In this document: piece after piece, positions 58,711 through 64,000 of the stretch
Layout of the letters: each line of letters opens with the position of its first letter
Position numbering within the stretch: the first letter of the stretch is position 1
DNA from: Pseudogymnoascus verrucosus
Taxonomy: Eukaryota
NCBI GenBank assembly: GCA_001662655.1
Contig: KV460260.1
Length of the DNA: 64,000 nt
Reading direction: 5' to 3' (one strand)
Program-made: the position numbers and the translations under genes
Notes under the pieces: model-generated
What the model saw: the letters and a program-made list of their open reading frames with translations, nothing else
Told to the model about the DNA's origin: nothing
Databases searched by the model: none

Positions 58711-59679
58711 CTAATCCTTCTTTGCCGGATGATTATAAACCCACTTCAGCTCGTCAACAATCAGTTCCGGCTCAAGGAGCTGAATATTATGCCCACTGTC
58801 CGTTGCATCTCGAAAGTTATGCACACTTGAAAGACCCAGTATCTCTTTGGCACGCATAGTCGAAGTCTCTCTCCAGAATTCCACAATATCTCGAAACTCC
58901 TGACGGTCACTTTCAGATCCATTGCCCGCCTCAATACCAGCTTCATACAGCCGCTGAAAATCTCGAGCTGTGTTGGCGTGGATAACACTGACTGGCCTGT
59001 TTCCTAAAGCTTGGTTTTGAAGCTGCTTCTTTGCTGCCAGAACTGAGGAATCTCCTTTTGCGCCTGCCTCCTCCGCCTTCGAAGTGATCGCGGTCGAAGG
59101 TTTTCCTTGTATATCCAACACAGTTTGAAATTCTTCCTTCGAGAGCGGGGTATTTGATTTGATACCCGCAATCTCGTAGTAATCAATGCCAATTAACATG
59201 GCTTCGAAACCTGGCGAAGGGAAGTCCTCGTGACCCGTAAACGTATTCTCCTGGTTCGCATCGACGAATACCATTCCCGCAACATCATTGGGGCGTAAAT
59301 GCAGAAACTCTCTTGCTGTAATGCCGCCTCGAGAATGACACAGTATAACATATGGTGGATCGATGCCTGCATTTTTGAGGAGGGTGTCGAGCTCCGTGGC
59401 TATAGAGACGGCGCTGATAGCTTTTGGAGCATTGGCTGGTCCCTCGCTTTTCCCCAATCCTGATCGATCGTAAAACAAGACCCGTGAAAATGGTTCAATG
59501 AGTCGTCGTACGGCCACCCATTCGTCGATGGTACTCCCAAGGCCTGTCATCAACACGACGATTGGTTCGCCTTCTCGTCGGTCGGGACCCGACACTGCCA
59601 TGTAGAGACTGTGAGAACCTATTGATACAAGACCCGATTTTTCGCCTCTGTTCCAGTCCTGACTAGACGCTTGAGCCAT
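58711..59679 (-). CDS. Alpha/beta-fold hydrolase
   Basis: Intronless 322 aa: VVLMTGLG, YDRSGLGKS, nucleophile elbow CHSRGG, GMVFVDA, SGHNIQLLEPE. Confidence 0.88.
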   Translation of the reverse strand: MAQASSQDWNRGEKSGLVSIGSHSLYMAVSGPDRREGEPIVVLMTGLGSTIDEWVAVRRLIEPFSRVLFYDRSGLGKSEGPANAPKAISAVSIATELDTLLKNAGIDPPYVILCHSRGGITAREFLHLRPNDVAGMVFVDANQENTFTGHEDFPSPGFEAMLIGIDYYEIAGIKSNTPLSKEEFQTVLDIQGKPSTAITSKAEEAGAKGDSSVLAAKKQLQNQALGNRPVSVIHANTARDFQRLYEAGIEAGNGSESDRQEFRDIVEFWRETSTMRAKEILGLSSVHNFRDATDSGHNIQLLEPELIVDELKWVYNHPAKKD

Positions 59680-60010
59680 CTTGATTATATTATAGATAAT
59701 AGTTCGCGAATAATTGATGGATTCCTCGTATAATTGATGGATTGAAGATGTGAGTATTCTTGAGAAAGTTCGTCTGGAAGTCGCGATTGCTGGTGGATAA
59801 GAAATACTAGGTAACTTATCATATCAGCACTTACTCCACTACCCGCTTCTTTCGGCAGGTTGGGGGTTTCCGCTTTCGGTTTTTTTTGCTTGTGGCTATT
59901 TATATATCTGTTTTTATATTGGTTCTTGGATTTATATTATTCTGTTATATATCCGTGGTTTCACTTTTTGTTCGCCCATTTGATATTATCCTCTATCGTA
60001 CAATTCCCAT

Positions 60011-61365
60011 CTATAACCTTGCTTTCTCTGCCCCCTCCGCCTCCATCCTCCCCACCCACTTCCCTACAACCCCTACTAACCTCTCCACCTCCTCGAAACT
60101 ATTCCCCGCATGCAAACAAACTCTTACCCTCTCTCCTCCTACCGGAACAGTTGGCGCCACAATAGCGCGCACCATAAACCCTGCCGCCTGGCACTCCCTC
60201 GCCAAGTCGCGCGGTCGCGGCGTGAGCAATGAGAAAATAGGGGATTCAGGACAGAGGTGTGGGATGCGCAGAAGGGGGTGCGATGGCGATAGTGAGAGGG
60301 CAAGGAGGCGTGTGTGAAGGTGCGATACTAACGCCCACATATGTGCCGCAGGCTGGCTAGGTGTAAGTAAGGGAGGAAAAAAGCAGGGGGAGCAACATAC
60401 AGTGACAGTTCCACCATCTATCATGAGATCATAAACGGTGCGGATAGCTACGAGTGAAGGGTAGGACATGAAAGTCGTGTAGATGAGCGGGCGCGCATAG
60501 TTAATCAGATACTCCCGCGTCAGCGGCGAGCAGAGCATAATCGCTTCACACCATCATCAGCTCAGCGAACACCAGTCAACCAGTGGGGCATGAGCATACC
60601 TCCATTACACGCCAGCGCCTTCCCGAACGTATGCAGGCGCGCAAATACCCGCCGTTCGAGGCCAAGACTACACACCACCCCGCGCCCGTTCTCGCCATAT
60701 AGGCCAGTCGAATGCGCCTCATCCACGATGATCTTGCCATTTCCCAAGGGCAACAGCTTCTCTACAGCTTCCACAATTGCAGCAAGCGGCGCTAGGTCAC
60801 CATCCATACTATACAGACTCTCCACCGCGATGAAAACGCTCCGTTTTCCCGTCCTTACGAGCGCATCTCCCGCCAGGACCCCCTCAAGCACGTGCTTCAG
60901 ATCCTCAACGTCGTTGTGCCGGAAGGACAGGCGGGCTCCAGCACGTGAGAGACGCATCCCTTCGTGCACGCTGGCGTGAATGGCAGCGTCATAGACGACT
61001 ACGTCGCCCGGCTGGGGCACACATGCGAAGAAGCCCGCATTGGCATCGAAGCCGGCGTTGAAGAGGCATCCGGCCTCGGCGCCGTGGAAGGAGGCGATAT
61101 CGGACTCGAGGGTCTCCGCGTACGCGCTGTTCCCGTCGAGGAGGCGGGAACCGCCGCTACCAAGGCGTTGGGGTGAGGAGTTGAGGTGGGCAAGGAAGGA
61201 GGCATGGAGACTTGGTAAGGATGACAGGGAGAGGAAGTCGTTGGAGGAGAAGTCGGTGGAGGTGGGAGGGGAGAGGGTGAGGGCACGAAGGGAAGATTTG
61301 GCGGCGCGCTTGGAAAGGTTGAGGCGCATGGAAGTTGCGAGGGCGTCAGCTGGGGGGTCGGCCAT
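60011..61365 (-). CDS. bioF: 8-amino-7-oxononanoate (KAPA) synthase with PTS1
   Basis: Introns 60544-60599 and 60353-60400. DFSSNDFL, GSGGSRLLDGN, HASVHEG, YSMDGD, DEAH, TFGKA; ends ARL. Confidence 0.93.
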
Positions 61366-61810
61366 GATGATTTAGGGGGAGGGACGGCGGACTTAGAGGG
61401 GAGAGAGGGAGGGGACGGGCTTCGGATGGATATGAGTAGCTATATGGATGTCGTTAGGTCTGGACCGCGGAGTGGGGAGTGGATAGAGGCCCATATTTTA
61501 TATTTTAGACATCGTGGAGCGCCGTTCGTAGCCGAGCATTAGCCCTGTGAACCGACTTTAACGATAATAATGTGGATAATACGGGAACTAGGGGTGGGTA
61601 TAAGCATGTGTATGTAAGATATAAATCGCTGACTACAACAACAAAAAAAGCGTTGGGGTTGAGTAAAATACGACCATCTCAACCAAAGCCAAAGTTATAT
61701 TGCCCTGTAAAATATCTCGGCGGTTGATGGTTGGCGAGATCCCGACCCCTACGATTTGTTGTTCCTAGTAGCCGATCACAGGCGGCGACCACCGAACACC
61801 AACTAGCAGC

Positions 61811-64000
61811 ATGCCCGCCTCTGGAATCACGGGATCTGTTCTGCGCCGCTCACTGCGCGCATATCAGATCTATGGCGCGAATACCGGCGTGGGAAAGACG
61901 GTCATGTCGACCATCTTGTGCGGCGCGCTACATCACGCTTTCCCCCAGGAACCCGTCTGGTACCTGAAGCCAGTGTCGACGGGCCCGCTCGACGACGCCG
62001 ATGACGGACACCTCGCGCGGTTCTCGCCGAGCACGAAGACAAAGACATTATTTCAGTTTGGAGAGCCCGTGAGCCCGCATATTGCCGCGAGGGGCGCTAC
62101 TGTGAGATGCCGAGATGAAGAATTTATGAGTCAGTCAATATCAAAGTTGCTAATCACTTTCTAGCCGCTCTCTGATTCGTCAATTCGAGAAAAGATCCAG
62201 GCGCACGTGACATCGTGTTCTCAGGATGGAAAGGGGACGCTGCTTGTCGAGACAGCTGGCGGGGTGCATTCTCCTACGCCGTCTGGGAGCTCACAGGCGG
62301 ATCTATACAGGCCTCTGCGCCTGCCCGTCTTGTTAGTAGGTGACCACCGCCTTGGAGGCATCTCGTCATCCATATCGGCCTTCGAGTCCCTCCATATCAG
62401 GGGCTACGACCTCAACTCCGTTCTACTATTCGAGGATGAGCAATATCAGAATCATGAGTATCTTCGCGACTACTTCGGCGAGCGCGGCATCTCCGTGCTC
62501 TCGCTCCCCCCACCCCCGCCACAGGAGAGCAGCAAAGAGACCGATCAGGCGCGTATGGCAGACTACTACCTAGAAATGAGCGAGCGCAAATCCGTCATAG
62601 ACATGGCAACCTCCCTCTCCACCTCTCACACCTCCCGCCTCGACAGGCTCGACTCAATGGCCGACAAAGCCCACAAACACATCTGGTACCCTTTCACACA
62701 GCACCGCGGCATCACCCCTGACAAACTCATGACCGTCGACTCCGCCCACGGCGACTTCTTCCAGACCGTCTCACCACCATCCTCCGAGACCGTCCTGCAA
62801 CCTACCCTCGACGGCTCCGCATCTTGGTGGACCCAGGGCCTAGGACACGGTAACCCCGCTCTTTCCCTCGCCGCTGCCAACGCCGCTGGTCGCTACGGCC
62901 ACGTGATGTTCGCATCAGCGATCCATGAGCCGGCCCTTGCGCTGGCAGAGCTTCTGCTCGAAAACCTACGGAATCCGCGGATGCAGCGGGTGTTCTACTC
63001 CGACAACGGGAGCACGGGCGTCGAGGTAGCGGTTAAGATGGCGTTGACAGCCGCGTCGGTGCGGTATGGGTATGAGGAATCGCAAGAGGTGGGTGTGATT
63101 GGGCTGAAGGGCAGTTACCACGGAGACACGATTGGAGCGATGGATTGCTCCGAGCCGTCGACGTATAATGAGCGTGTGCATTGGTACCGTGGGCGTGGTC
63201 ACTGGTTTGATTTCCCGCAGGTTAAGATGAAGGAGGGGGAGTGGGTGGTTGAGCCGCCTGAGGGGGGCGAGGGAGAGTTTGGGCCGGCAATGAGGTTTAA
63301 GTCGCTGGATGAGGTGTTTGATATGGAGGCTCGAGATGAGTCGCTTGCTGCGGAGACGTATAAGAAGCACATCCTCGAAACACTGGACAGGCTCGTACGC
63401 GTGGAAGGAAAGACTTTCGGCGCGCTTGTCATGGAGCCTATCATGCTCGGCGCCGGTGGCATGCTCCTTGTGTAAGTTCTCGTTAGCCCCTCCCTTTTCA
63501 CACACCAACTAATCCTTCCTAGCGACCCCCTCTTCCAACGCACTCTCATAAACACCATCCGGGACTCACACTCCCTATTCTCCGCCTCCCCTGCCCCAAC
63601 CGACCCAAACAACTGGACCGGTCTACCCATCCTCTTCGACGAAGTCTTCACAGGCATCACCCGCCTCGGCCCCTTCAGCCCATCCACCCTCCTTGGCACC
63701 CAACCCGACATCTCGGTGCACGCCAAGCTCTTAACCGGTGGGCTTGTCCCACTCGCCGCCACCGTCGCGAGTGAGTCTATCTACGACGTCTTCCTGGGAG
63801 ATGAGAAACGCGATGCCCTTCTACATGGACACAGTTACACAGCCCATGCGGTTGGGTGTGCAGTTGCCGAGGCATCGGTGAAGGAGTTGTTGCGGATTGA
63901 GAGCGGTGAGGAGTGGGAGGCATTCAGGGCGCCGTGGGGGAAGACGAAGGTGGATAGTGCATCCGGTGGGAAGGACGGGGTGTGGAGTATGTGGTCCCCA
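61811..64000 (+). CDS. bioDA: Bifunctional dethiobiotin synthetase / DAPA aminotransferase (3' end beyond window)
   Basis: Introns 62102-62164 and 63472-63522. GANTGVGKT, LKPVSTG, ETAGGVHSP, IWYPFTQH, SWWTQGLGH, YHGDTIG, FDEVFTG. Confidence 0.94.

Overview
Gene-dense, intron-containing filamentous ascomycete DNA (GT-AG introns with CTRAC branch points; a Pseudogymnoascus/Leotiomycete-like origin is a guess from composition, not proven), with one assembly gap (30635-30691). About 25 protein genes can be reconstructed. Housekeeping genes: an atypical Rab, ARP5, DAD4, IES6, GOT1, two group II PLP decarboxylases, a DUF427 gene, a Zn2Cys6 factor, a beta-carbonic anhydrase-like gene, a PrpF-family isomerase, a KapC-type bZIP, SEC4, NCA2, ERG25, pterin carbinolamine dehydratase, profilin, AFG2, a PAP2 phosphatase and the divergent bioF/bioDA pair (bioDA runs off the window end). 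Most interesting observations: (1) an AT-richer accessory island (~54.0-59.9 kb) holding a 7-exon gene missed by the ORF track, in which each of six exons encodes one C-C-C-H finger and the protein ends in CCVVM (CaaX), plus a Kex2-processed 6-Cys secreted peptide, a frameshifted His/Cys-motif gene and an alpha/beta hydrolase; (2) a strongly structured, unassigned minus-strand ncRNA candidate at ~7490-8040; (3) the INO80 partners ARP5 and IES6 lying head-to-head with DAD4 between them; (4) a decayed ~0.65 kb tandem array that ends in a RIP-like mutated Nrd1/Mrn1 RRM fragment; (5) a cluster of bZIP-type sites upstream of the bZIP gene; (6) an ERG25 start codon split by an intron. All gene models and family calls were made by eye and from memory of the families; no database search was run.
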